The position numbers and the translations under genes are program-made. Below the pieces are notes generated by a model. The model made no database searches. It had not been told where the DNA came from and saw nothing but the letters and a program-made list of their open reading frames with translations. Shown here piece after piece: positions 25,757 to 32,596 of a DNA stretch of 32,596 nt. Numbering within the stretch: position 1 is the first letter of the stretch; each line of letters starts with the position of its first letter. Source of the stretch: Gammaproteobacteria bacterium. GTDB lineage: Bacteria; Pseudomonadota; Gammaproteobacteria; Steroidobacterales; Rariloculaceae. The stretch lies in NCBI GenBank assembly GCA_004357505.1, contig SMWC01000113.1, forward strand, positions 1 through 32,596. Reading direction: 5' to 3'.

Positions 25757-28192
25757 TCATTCCAGATTACGCGCGATACGAAAGCCGATATCCTCTCTGC
25801 TATCGCTGCTGTAATTGCGGTAGGCGAGGCGCAGGTCGGTGATGGTCGCGCTCCGCCAGCTCGAGCCTCTGATCACGTGGAAACGGCCCTGTTCGGGACC
25901 CAGCGGATCAACAGCCACGGTCTCGGTCTGGGGAGAGCCGATCTCCCAGTAATCGAGCACCCACTCTGCCACGTTACCGCCCAGATCGTATACGCCCACG
26001 GCGTTCGGCGGAAAATTCCGCGCCGGCGCCGAGACATTGAAACTGTCGTTGTAGGTCACAAGCGTTGTCCGTAGCAGCGTTGCCGCCGAGACATCCGCGA
26101 AATTGCCCGAACGATCGGGGGGCGGCAAGGTATTACCCCACGGGAACGTCAGGGACTCGTCCTGACCGGCGAATCGTGCTGCCCAGGCCCACTCCGCTTC
26201 GGTCGGCAGCCGATAACCACTGCGCAGAGGTCTCACGGGAACCTGCGCACCGTCAACCTGTTCGTAGACCGGTTGAAAGCCATCGCGGATACTGAGCCAG
26301 TTCAGGAACTCGGCGATCTCATCCCAGGTCACGCGGACGACCGGCTGATCATCTTCGTTCAGGGAGACGCCGCCATACGAACCGGAGTCATGATCTGCAC
26401 GGAATGCCCGAAACTCTGCGTTGCTGACCTCCTGCACACCGAGATAGAACGCCTCGCTGATACTCACAGCCCGTAGGACTTCGTTCGAGCGGCGTCCTTG
26501 CTCGCGACGCGATGACCCCATCATGAAGTCACCCGACGGAATCAGCGTTAGTACCTGCGCAAGGCTCGTCTGCACCTCCTTCTCGTAGCCCGAGCCCGTA
26601 CTTGTATTCAACTCCTCCAGGGTCACATCGAGTATCTGCGGAAACCCCGGTTTTGGCGTGACTTCCCGCGCCTGCTCGGCGAAGCCCGCGAGTCGAATCT
26701 CGATCCGATGACTGAGCGCGGACAGTATTAGCTCGCGCGGCGTCACGCCTAGCTGCTCCCCATCAACCCAAACTTCGGCAGCGTCAGGATCGCTGCGAAC
26801 CTCGACGATCCCCATTCGCGCGGTCATCGAGAGTGTGAGCCTGCGATCGCTGTCAGCCACGACGGAGAGCTCCTGCTCGATCGAGTCGAATCCCGGTTTC
26901 GTCAATACAAGCCGATGCGGACGCTCTGGCGTAAGACGCAATGTCAGGGGCGTCTGGCCGCGATACTCGCCATCTACACTGACTGCGGCACCGGCCGGCT
27001 CGGAAGCAAGTTCGACGCGTCCATCGGCCTGTGTCAGTTCGACCTGCGGCAGCGTTTGTGGTTGGTCCGCCAAAACCGAGACGACGTCCGCCCAGGCGTT
27101 GTAGCCGCGCAGCCGAACCTCGATCAGCCGTTCCCCGGCGCTAAGCTCCATCACCAGCGGCGTCGCTCCGGTGACGGTTCCGTCCACCAGCACGGCAGCC
27201 CCGGGTGGGGCGCTGGTCACGGTGATCGGCGCCCAGTTAGGCGTCAGTTCGGCCACCAGACGCTGGTGCTCGCCGCCGCCGATGACGTCCAGCTCATGAA
27301 CTTCGGCCAGGAACCGTTCCGCGACGAACTCGATCTGATGCCGCCCGGTCGTGATCTCGGCATCGGTCAGGGGAGTGATACCAAGACGCTCACCGTCCAC
27401 ACGGACTTCCGCACGTACGTCCGGCTCGGTCGTCAGCGTCACCAGGCCCGGAAGCCGGATCATTTCGATTTCGATCGTCTGATCCGGTGCCGAAGTGACG
27501 TTGATTTCAATATCCAACGGATAGTAGCCCGCGAGCTCGGCCACAACCCGATGCGATCCCGCGCTCAAGAGCAAACGATCCCCCATTCTGATTTTCAGCA
27601 GCGTGCCCGGCAACCCGACCGTATCGGGCTCGGGTTCGACGATCAATTCGACCGACTTCGCGGTGAACGCGAACCAACCCAGTACGGCCAGTACGACAAA
27701 CGCGCCACCGACCACCAAGGCGCTGCGACTCGGTTTGACGCGCAACGTTCCGGACTTTTTCTCACCCAACGGCCGAAACGCGACTGGCGCGATCTCAATT
27801 TCATCGAGATTCGCCGCCTCCCGCGCCAGTTCCTCCAGATCGGGCGGTGCGGTATCGCCGCCGGTCACGACCCCTGAGATTTTCAGGTTCAATCGTTCTC
27901 CGCCAAGCGAACAGTCGAGCCTGGCAGTATCCAGCGCAATCGTCTCACCGTTCTTAAGCCAGCGTGTCCCGGCTACCGGTTCACCGTCGATCCGCAGATT
28001 CCGGGTGTCTCGACCGGGCTGAATAAAAAAACTGCCGTCAAGCCAGCCGATCTGAAGCGATCCCGAGACTCCCTGCAGGCGAACGTCGCTATTAATGTCG
28101 CCACCGATCGTTACCGGCAATTCGGCGGCGCTGAAATGCCGCTCTTGGCCACCGACCGACGTTGTCAGTACCCGGTGATTCGCTGCCGTCAT
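25757..28192 (-). CDS. FHA-like domain / TM helix / five PEGA repeats / FGE-sulfatase (SUMF1-like) domain protein
   Basis: The N-terminal FHA-like fold (PVTIGGDINSDVRLQ...FFIQPG...LRIDGEPV...LKNGETIAL) lacks the canonical Arg and His. The TM helix is ALVVGGAFVVLAVLGWFAF (aa ~157-177). PEGA-like units include VRVDGERLGITPL, VLVDGTVTGATPL, VSVDGEYRGQTPL and VWVDGEQLGVTPR. The C-terminal FGE-sulfatase motifs are FMMGSS...YLGVQEVSNAEF...GYRLPTEAEWAWAAR...YDLGGNVAEWV...VIRGSSW...IGFRIARN. The ATG overlaps the upstream stop (ATGA). Confidence 0.88.
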   Translation of the reverse strand: MTAANHRVLTTSVGGQERHFSAAELPVTIGGDINSDVRLQGVSGSLQIGWLDGSFFIQPGRDTRNLRIDGEPVAGTRWLKNGETIALDTARLDCSLGGERLNLKISGVVTGGDTAPPDLEELAREAANLDEIEIAPVAFRPLGEKKSGTLRVKPSRSALVVGGAFVVLAVLGWFAFTAKSVELIVEPEPDTVGLPGTLLKIRMGDRLLLSAGSHRVVAELAGYYPLDIEINVTSAPDQTIEIEMIRLPGLVTLTTEPDVRAEVRVDGERLGITPLTDAEITTGRHQIEFVAERFLAEVHELDVIGGGEHQRLVAELTPNWAPITVTSAPPGAAVLVDGTVTGATPLVMELSAGERLIEVRLRGYNAWADVVSVLADQPQTLPQVELTQADGRVELASEPAGAAVSVDGEYRGQTPLTLRLTPERPHRLVLTKPGFDSIEQELSVVADSDRRLTLSMTARMGIVEVRSDPDAAEVWVDGEQLGVTPRELILSALSHRIEIRLAGFAEQAREVTPKPGFPQILDVTLEELNTSTGSGYEKEVQTSLAQVLTLIPSGDFMMGSSRREQGRRSNEVLRAVSISEAFYLGVQEVSNAEFRAFRADHDSGSYGGVSLNEDDQPVVRVTWDEIAEFLNWLSIRDGFQPVYEQVDGAQVPVRPLRSGYRLPTEAEWAWAARFAGQDESLTFPWGNTLPPPDRSGNFADVSAATLLRTTLVTYNDSFNVSAPARNFPPNAVGVYDLGGNVAEWVLDYWEIGSPQTETVAVDPLGPEQGRFHVIRGSSWRSATITDLRLAYRNYSSDSREDIGFRIARNLE

Positions 28193-29724
28193 CCGATCGG
28201 CTCGACACAGCGCACCTCGACCGGAGCTAACTCCCGTCCAGGCAGTACGGTAAATGTTGTGCGGACATCGCGATAGCCGTGGCGACTACCAACAGCGGTA
28301 TAGTTTCCGGGCCGTATCTGAACCTGAGTGACGGCGAAGGTGCCGAGCAAGCCGACGCGATAAAGCGTAACGTTGGTGAGCTCGTCGGAGTGAAGCTCGA
28401 CAGTCACGAGCGTCGACGCGAGGACCACGAGCCGATTCAGGTCGGCGATCTGCTCTTCAAGCCGCGGTCCCGGATCCTCCACGCTCCGAGCATCCGCTAC
28501 TAAACCGCCGGCGTCGGCCAGCACACGGTCGTCGAACAACAGGGTCGGATTACCGATCAGGTTAACCAGCTTCGCCTCCAGATCGGCCCTCAGCACAGAG
28601 CGCTCGAGTCCGGCCTGAGCAAAAACCAGCGTTGCATCGGTCACGAGCAGATCGCGGTAGAGTTGAATGGCCCGCTCCCACAGCTCACGGCGCTCAAAGG
28701 CCAGCGCGCGTGCTTCGACCAGCGCGATCTGTTCCAATTTCTGTCCCTGCTGTGCCTGGATTTGGCCATCGAGCGCCTCGGCAGAACCCGGCCGCAGGAT
28801 CAACGCCTCGCCGAACAGTTCAAGGGCAGCGGCGAATTCTTCTTCCGCCAGCGCCGTCAGACCTTGCGACATTCGTGTCTCGAAGCGTCGATTGTCGATA
28901 CGTGCGGTGACCGCAGTCAGCGCCGACCGCGCCGGCGCCCAGGATGGGTCGAGTCCGAGCGCTGCCCGGAAAGCTCGCGCAGCCTCCTCCAGATCACCCT
29001 GCCGTTCGAGCTCGGTGCCCTGCTGTACGAGCACGAGCACCTCCGGAAGACGCTCGGCCCGCTCGAGTCCCGCTTGAGCGGGCGCATTGCCAGCTTCTAT
29101 TCCGATAACGAGCTGAAATTGTTCTAGGGCCAGTCGCGCATTGCCGGCATCGAGTGCCGCGTTACCGGCGCTGAGCGCGGCCGTGATGATTTCCGCCGAC
29201 CGGCCGAGTAATTGCTCGCCAATCTGCAGCGCGTTGGCGTATGCCGGTACGGCGTCCTGGAACGCGTCCGCAAGATAAGCGTCGTCGCCGGCACGAGAGC
29301 TCTGCTGATACTCCTCCCAGGCGTCTCCTCCCCACTCGGCCGCGGCTAGTCCGTCCAGCCGAGCCTGTTGAGTGAGTAACTCCGCCAACAACTTTTCAGC
29401 CTGATCCCTGAGCGTCGCTAGCTCTGTCGCGGTCAGCACAGGCCCCTCAGGTTCCTCGGGCAAGACCTCTACAGGCAGCGCCAGCACCGGTTCCTCGGGC
29501 TGTTGCTCCGCGACCCACAGCGGTAATACGAATATGACGGCTAGCACCAGCAGCAGCGACACGACCAGGGCGGTACCCACGAGTAGCCGCGAGTGCCGGC
29601 TGTCTCTCTGCCGGGCAGCTGTAACGGGCTTGACGCGCGCCAAGCCCAGTTTGACCGGGATGATGGTCTCTTCGTGAGCGGTCGCTTGCGGGTCTGTGTC
29701 TGTCACAACAGTCGGCTTACTCAT
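28189..29724 (-). CDS. Single-pass membrane protein with TPR-like repeats and a C-terminal PEGA-like beta domain
   Basis: The TM helix is LLVGTALVVSLLLVLAVIFVLPLWV (aa ~47-72). It is followed by repeated A-x-x-x-Y/F-x-x-A-L helical pairs (AYLADAFQDAVPAYANALQIGE, LALEQFQLVIGIEAGNAPAQAGLERA, EEAARAFRAALGLDPSWAPA, AAALELFGEALILRPGSAEA). The C-terminus reads VTLYRVGLLGTF...IRPGNYTAVGSRHGYRDVRTTFTV. The start overlaps the kinase stop by 8 nt. Confidence 0.8.
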   Translation of the reverse strand: MSKPTVVTDTDPQATAHEETIIPVKLGLARVKPVTAARQRDSRHSRLLVGTALVVSLLLVLAVIFVLPLWVAEQQPEEPVLALPVEVLPEEPEGPVLTATELATLRDQAEKLLAELLTQQARLDGLAAAEWGGDAWEEYQQSSRAGDDAYLADAFQDAVPAYANALQIGEQLLGRSAEIITAALSAGNAALDAGNARLALEQFQLVIGIEAGNAPAQAGLERAERLPEVLVLVQQGTELERQGDLEEAARAFRAALGLDPSWAPARSALTAVTARIDNRRFETRMSQGLTALAEEEFAAALELFGEALILRPGSAEALDGQIQAQQGQKLEQIALVEARALAFERRELWERAIQLYRDLLVTDATLVFAQAGLERSVLRADLEAKLVNLIGNPTLLFDDRVLADAGGLVADARSVEDPGPRLEEQIADLNRLVVLASTLVTVELHSDELTNVTLYRVGLLGTFAVTQVQIRPGNYTAVGSRHGYRDVRTTFTVLPGRELAPVEVRCVEPIG

Positions 29725-30541
29725 ATTCCAACAGCATAGATTCTAAGACATTCAGGAATGGTCGCATGCCTTCCGCAGCGGATTTTTGCCCAGGACTCAG
29801 CGTAGCCTGGACAAGTTCGGCCAGGGCCCGCACGCCACCGTCGGAACCATCCGCCATCGTCACGACCGGTGGACTCGGCGCGGTCTGCAACACGGCCTGG
29901 GTCGGGTTCGCGCCGAACGGCAACCGCCCAGCCAGAAGCTCATAGATCAATACGGCAAACGCATGCACGTCGTCAGCCAGTTCGGGCGGCGCCCCTTGCC
30001 GGCGTGCCAAGCGCTCGTAGGCGAGCGTTCCACCGCCTCGCGGCGTTTTACCCCCTGTGTCCGCCGCGAGCGCGAAGTCCACAAGCCGCACCTCGCCTGT
30101 ATGGCTAAACAACACGTTGCGGGCCTTCACGTCGCGATGCACCGTGCCGCACTCGTGAACATAGGCGAGCGCAAGAGCCACATCCCGCGCCGCCCGAGCC
30201 CAGTGCCGCGGGTGAGCACCCAATAGCGGCACCAAGTCTCCGCCATCCAAGTACTCGGTAATCAGGCCCGGCATTTCCTGTACGGTGATCAAGCCCAGGG
30301 GCTTCAACACATGCGCATGGCACAGGCTCTCCAAGACCCCGAACTCACGGCGAATCAGCTGACTGGCTGCCGAGCGTGTACCCAAGTCGGCCCTGGGTAT
30401 TTTCAGTGCAACGATGACTCCGGCAATGGTTGCGGCACGCCAGACCTCGGACATTCCTCCCCGGCCCAACAGTGCGTCGATCTGCACGCCATTGCTAAGC
30501 GTGGTACCGGGCGTGACAGCTGTCTCGTAACTCACGAACAC
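29717..30541 (-). CDS. Hanks-type Ser/Thr protein kinase, catalytic domain only (274 aa)
   Basis: Gly-loop LGRGGMSEVW; VALK with Lys47; catalytic loop HRDVKARN (Asp137, Asn142); DFA in place of DFG (Asp155); GTLAYERLA; DVHAFAVLIYELLAGRLPF. No TM helix or sensor domain. The start is GTG with no obvious RBS. Confidence 0.85.
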   Translation of the reverse strand: MFVSYETAVTPGTTLSNGVQIDALLGRGGMSEVWRAATIAGVIVALKIPRADLGTRSAASQLIRREFGVLESLCHAHVLKPLGLITVQEMPGLITEYLDGGDLVPLLGAHPRHWARAARDVALALAYVHECGTVHRDVKARNVLFSHTGEVRLVDFALAADTGGKTPRGGGTLAYERLARRQGAPPELADDVHAFAVLIYELLAGRLPFGANPTQAVLQTAPSPPVVTMADGSDGGVRALAELVQATLSPGQKSAAEGMRPFLNVLESMLLEYE

Positions 30542-30600
30542 GGCGGCGGCGGCGTTAGAGACGGCGAACTGGCCGCGCCTACTGCGACCCGTAACGAATC

Positions 30601-31968
30601 TCAGCCTCCCGAGACCGCTCCGGCAATGGTTTCTGGATCCGTTTGCGTCGCAGCGTCATCGTCTGCCTCGAGATTCTCCGGCTCGATGGTAAATACCTCA
30701 AGCTCCTGCACCTCTGCCTCTGCCTCTACTTCCCCTTCGGCCACCGGCAAGGGCTCCGTGTAGATGTCGATCGCCGGAACAAAGCCCGTCTCGGCTGTAT
30801 AGAGCGCCAACAGCAGCTCTTTCCACTCCTCGTATTGAGCGTTCGCCGTTCCGGTCAGGCGATGTTGCGTCCCCTCGATCTCCACGACCATGGGCTTGAC
30901 CTCATCGTCAAAGCTCGCGGAAAGCTCCTCCAGGGTCTCGGAGTGGAGACGTTTCTCATCACGCCGGACGGCGGCTGTCTTGATCAGATCCATGCCCGTG
31001 TACATCATGGCGTCACGCAGTATGCGGCTGGTGAAATCACCGTCGCTATTGGCGCCGTAGAGCACTGAAGCCACAATCGTGGCTATACCCAGCGTCGTTC
31101 GCCAGCGACTGGACCGTTGCAGCTCACGAATCGAAATGGCTTCTTCCCTGGCGAATTCGCGCCAGCCGTTATAGGACTCTTCCGCGCTCTGATAGAAGTC
31201 TTCGTAGTGCTCGTTTAGCGTCTCGACAAATAGATGTTCGCGTTCACGAACCCGCAGCGTTCGCTCGAACTGGGGGTCGTCTTCCGCCGGTAGGCGGTTC
31301 AGGCTGTAGACGCCACGGCGGTCGGGCTCGAGGTAATCAGCGTAGACCTCCGGACTGAGGTCGCCGGCAAAGCGCAATTGTGCGATTGCCCGAAGATTCT
31401 CCGCCTCACGGGCAGACAGATCGCCTTGAATATCCGCCAGATCATTAGCAATAGAGTTAAAGACATCCTGGTAGGGGTCACGATCCGGGTAACGTTGACG
31501 GTTATACGCGCCAGCCGCCGTGGACATCTCGTAGTCTTGATCCAACCAGACACGACCGGAAGCGTCGACCGCCTGCACGTCCAATTGAACCCGGTCACCA
31601 TCGGAGTGCAATATCTCGGCAGTGACCTGCAGATCCGCGACCAGGGATTCTTCCGGGGTTACCCAGACGGCACCCCAATGACCGCTCTTTTGCAGCGTAT
31701 CTCTGAGATGCACAGTCATAAAACGGGCTTCGGTGCGGCGGATATGAACGAATGTGCCGTTGCGTAGCAGATCCTCAAGTACTTCCTTGTCTATATCGCC
31801 GTCGGGAACTCCAGGGTCGAATATGACGACGGCGACGTCGAGCAACTGCGCTTCCGGAATAGTCTCCGTTGCCGGTACCAGTGCGACGGTATGCGCAACA
31901 CGAACCTCAGTCGTGCTACAGCCCGCGAGTAACACTGCTCCGAGTAACAGAATGCCGAATCGCCGCAT
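30601..31968 (-). CDS. Lipoprotein of unknown function with an acidic C-terminal tail
   Basis: ATG 31968 is preceded by GGAGAAG about 8 nt upstream; the ORF-track TTG 31983 is less likely. The lipobox is MRRFGILLLGAVLLAGCS. An internal hydrophobic segment reads TTLGIATIVASVLYGA. The C-terminus is EGEVEAEAEVQELEV...EADDDAATQTD. No family recognised. Confidence 0.7.
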   Translation of the reverse strand: MRRFGILLLGAVLLAGCSTTEVRVAHTVALVPATETIPEAQLLDVAVVIFDPGVPDGDIDKEVLEDLLRNGTFVHIRRTEARFMTVHLRDTLQKSGHWGAVWVTPEESLVADLQVTAEILHSDGDRVQLDVQAVDASGRVWLDQDYEMSTAAGAYNRQRYPDRDPYQDVFNSIANDLADIQGDLSAREAENLRAIAQLRFAGDLSPEVYADYLEPDRRGVYSLNRLPAEDDPQFERTLRVREREHLFVETLNEHYEDFYQSAEESYNGWREFAREEAISIRELQRSSRWRTTLGIATIVASVLYGANSDGDFTSRILRDAMMYTGMDLIKTAAVRRDEKRLHSETLEELSASFDDEVKPMVVEIEGTQHRLTGTANAQYEEWKELLLALYTAETGFVPAIDIYTEPLPVAEGEVEAEAEVQELEVFTIEPENLEADDDAATQTDPETIAGAVSGG

Positions 31969-31983
31969 CGCAAACTTCTCCAA

Positions 31984-32596
31984 CTATCGCCGCACAATAA
32001 TCTTTTTATATTCGTTGTACTCGTTCCAAAGGGCCGCGCGGAGAAACGGGTCATTCTCCTCGGTGGCGGCCTCACACAGCTGGCGAGCGACCTTATCTCG
32101 ATCGTCGCAGCCTTCGATCTGAGCTGCGGTCCGTTCAGCCTCGGATCGATTCTCGAATACCGATAGCGGATTGTTCGTCTCGGCGCCATCTTCGACGCCC
32201 TGTGCCCCCTCGCCAACCGGCATCTCGTGGGCGTCGACGGGTTTGCCTATATCCCCAGCCGCACCGAAGGCTTCGTCTGCAGCGCTACCAACACCGGCTC
32301 GCGCCATCGCCTCCCGTTCGTCGCCCATAATCGCGTCGAACTCCTCCAGAGACCGATTGAAGGCATCCTCCGCGTTGGCCATCTGGCCATCGCTACCGAT
32401 CTGCGTGCCGTCGCCAAAGACGTCCTGGTCAGCCGAATCGCCCTGCGCCTGCCGGGATTCGGTGCCTTGCTGGCCCGCTTGGCCTGGCTCGCCCTGCTGC
32501 TGGGCTTGCTGTTCACCCTGCTGGCCTGCTTGGCCTGGCTCGCCCTGCTGCTGGGCTTGCTGTTCACCCTGCTGGCCTGCTTGGCCTGGCTCGCCC
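31984..32596 (-). CDS. Gln/Gly-rich tandem-repeat protein; 5' end lies outside the window
   Basis: Hand translation shows the frame of ORF 31984-32382 stays open up to the window edge: ...GEPGQAGQQGEQQAQQQ GEPGQAGQQGEQQAQQQ GEPGQAGQQGTESRQAQGDSADQDVFGDGTQIGSDGQ MANAEDAFNRSLEEFD.... The ATG at 32382 is therefore internal. The TAG stop abuts the next gene. Confidence 0.65.
   Translation of the reverse strand, partial: GEPGQAGQQGEQQAQQQGEPGQAGQQGEQQAQQQGEPGQAGQQGTESRQAQGDSADQDVFGDGTQIGSDGQMANAEDAFNRSLEEFDAIMGDEREAMARAGVGSAADEAFGAAGDIGKPVDAHEMPVGEGAQGVEDGAETNNPLSVFENRSEAERTAAQIEGCDDRDKVARQLCEAATEENDPFLRAALWNEYNEYKKIIVRR
32470..32596 (-). repeat. 51-bp in-frame tandem repeat, at least 2.5 copies, running off the window edge
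   Basis: The units are 32470-32520, 32521-32571 and 32572-32596 (truncated by the window). Copies 2 and 3 are identical over their overlap. Copy 1 differs at one position (C at 32476 versus T at 32527), which is synonymous (GCG/GCA Ala). Each unit encodes the 17-aa GEPGQAGQQGEQQAQQQ. Confidence 0.9.

Noticed and set aside
26915-27877. 320-aa plus-strand ORF, and many similar long ORFs such as 11204-12098, 3700-4143, 21308-21784 and 222-834, lying antisense to well-supported genes
   Set aside because: Their products are Arg/Pro/Ala/Ser-rich, low-complexity sequences without motifs. They lie entirely inside genes whose opposite-strand products have clear family signatures. Long antisense ORFs are an expected artefact of ~60% GC DNA.
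23255-30541. FHA plus Ser/Thr kinase considered as the TagH/PpkA post-translational switch of a type VI secretion system
   Set aside because: The window contains no Tss core genes: no TssB/C, Hcp, VgrG, TssM/L/J or ClpV. The kinase also lacks the TM and periplasmic domain of PpkA.
32470-32596. Tandem 51-bp repeats considered as a CRISPR array
   Set aside because: The units are directly adjacent with no spacers, they are in-frame inside an open reading frame, and there are no cas genes.

Overview
High-GC (roughly 60%) proteobacterial chromosomal window. The taxon cannot be fixed from sequence alone. I found no rRNA, tRNA, CRISPR array, transposase or integrase. All domain calls come from reading motifs in the supplied translations; no database search was run.

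The window has three blocks.

(i) 1-10.2 kb looks accessory. It holds a 5'-truncated MscS channel, an EexN-like lipoprotein, and a 1320-aa AAA-like ATPase / TM / P-domain / WD40 giant. A small ORF and a 456-aa HExxH protein are transcribed divergently from the giant. A DUF2272-like secreted protein and an MFS transporter follow.

(ii) 10.3-20.0 kb is housekeeping biosynthesis: proA, proB and ilvH on the minus strand, ilvI divergent on the plus strand, bioA on minus, then a manB-type phosphomannomutase, bioF and bioD on plus.

(iii) 20.2-32.6 kb is a long minus-strand gene array in which several junctions show stop/start overlaps. In transcription order it encodes:
- a Gln/Gly-rich repeat protein (partial)
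- a lipoprotein
- a Hanks-type Ser/Thr kinase
- a TM-TPR protein
- an FHA-like / TM / 5x PEGA / FGE-sulfatase protein
- a small secreted peptide
- a MotA/ExbB-type proton channel
- an Hsp70/actin-like-FHA fusion
- two TM / coiled-coil / vWA proteins whose membrane anchors look like ExbD/TolR anchors, including the conserved Asp
- after a ~295-nt gap, an OmpA-domain protein interrupted by an in-frame TAG

Block (iii) is my top candidate for an undescribed system: a proton-motive-force-driven, phospho-threonine-regulated envelope machine. The AAA/WD40 giant is the second candidate.
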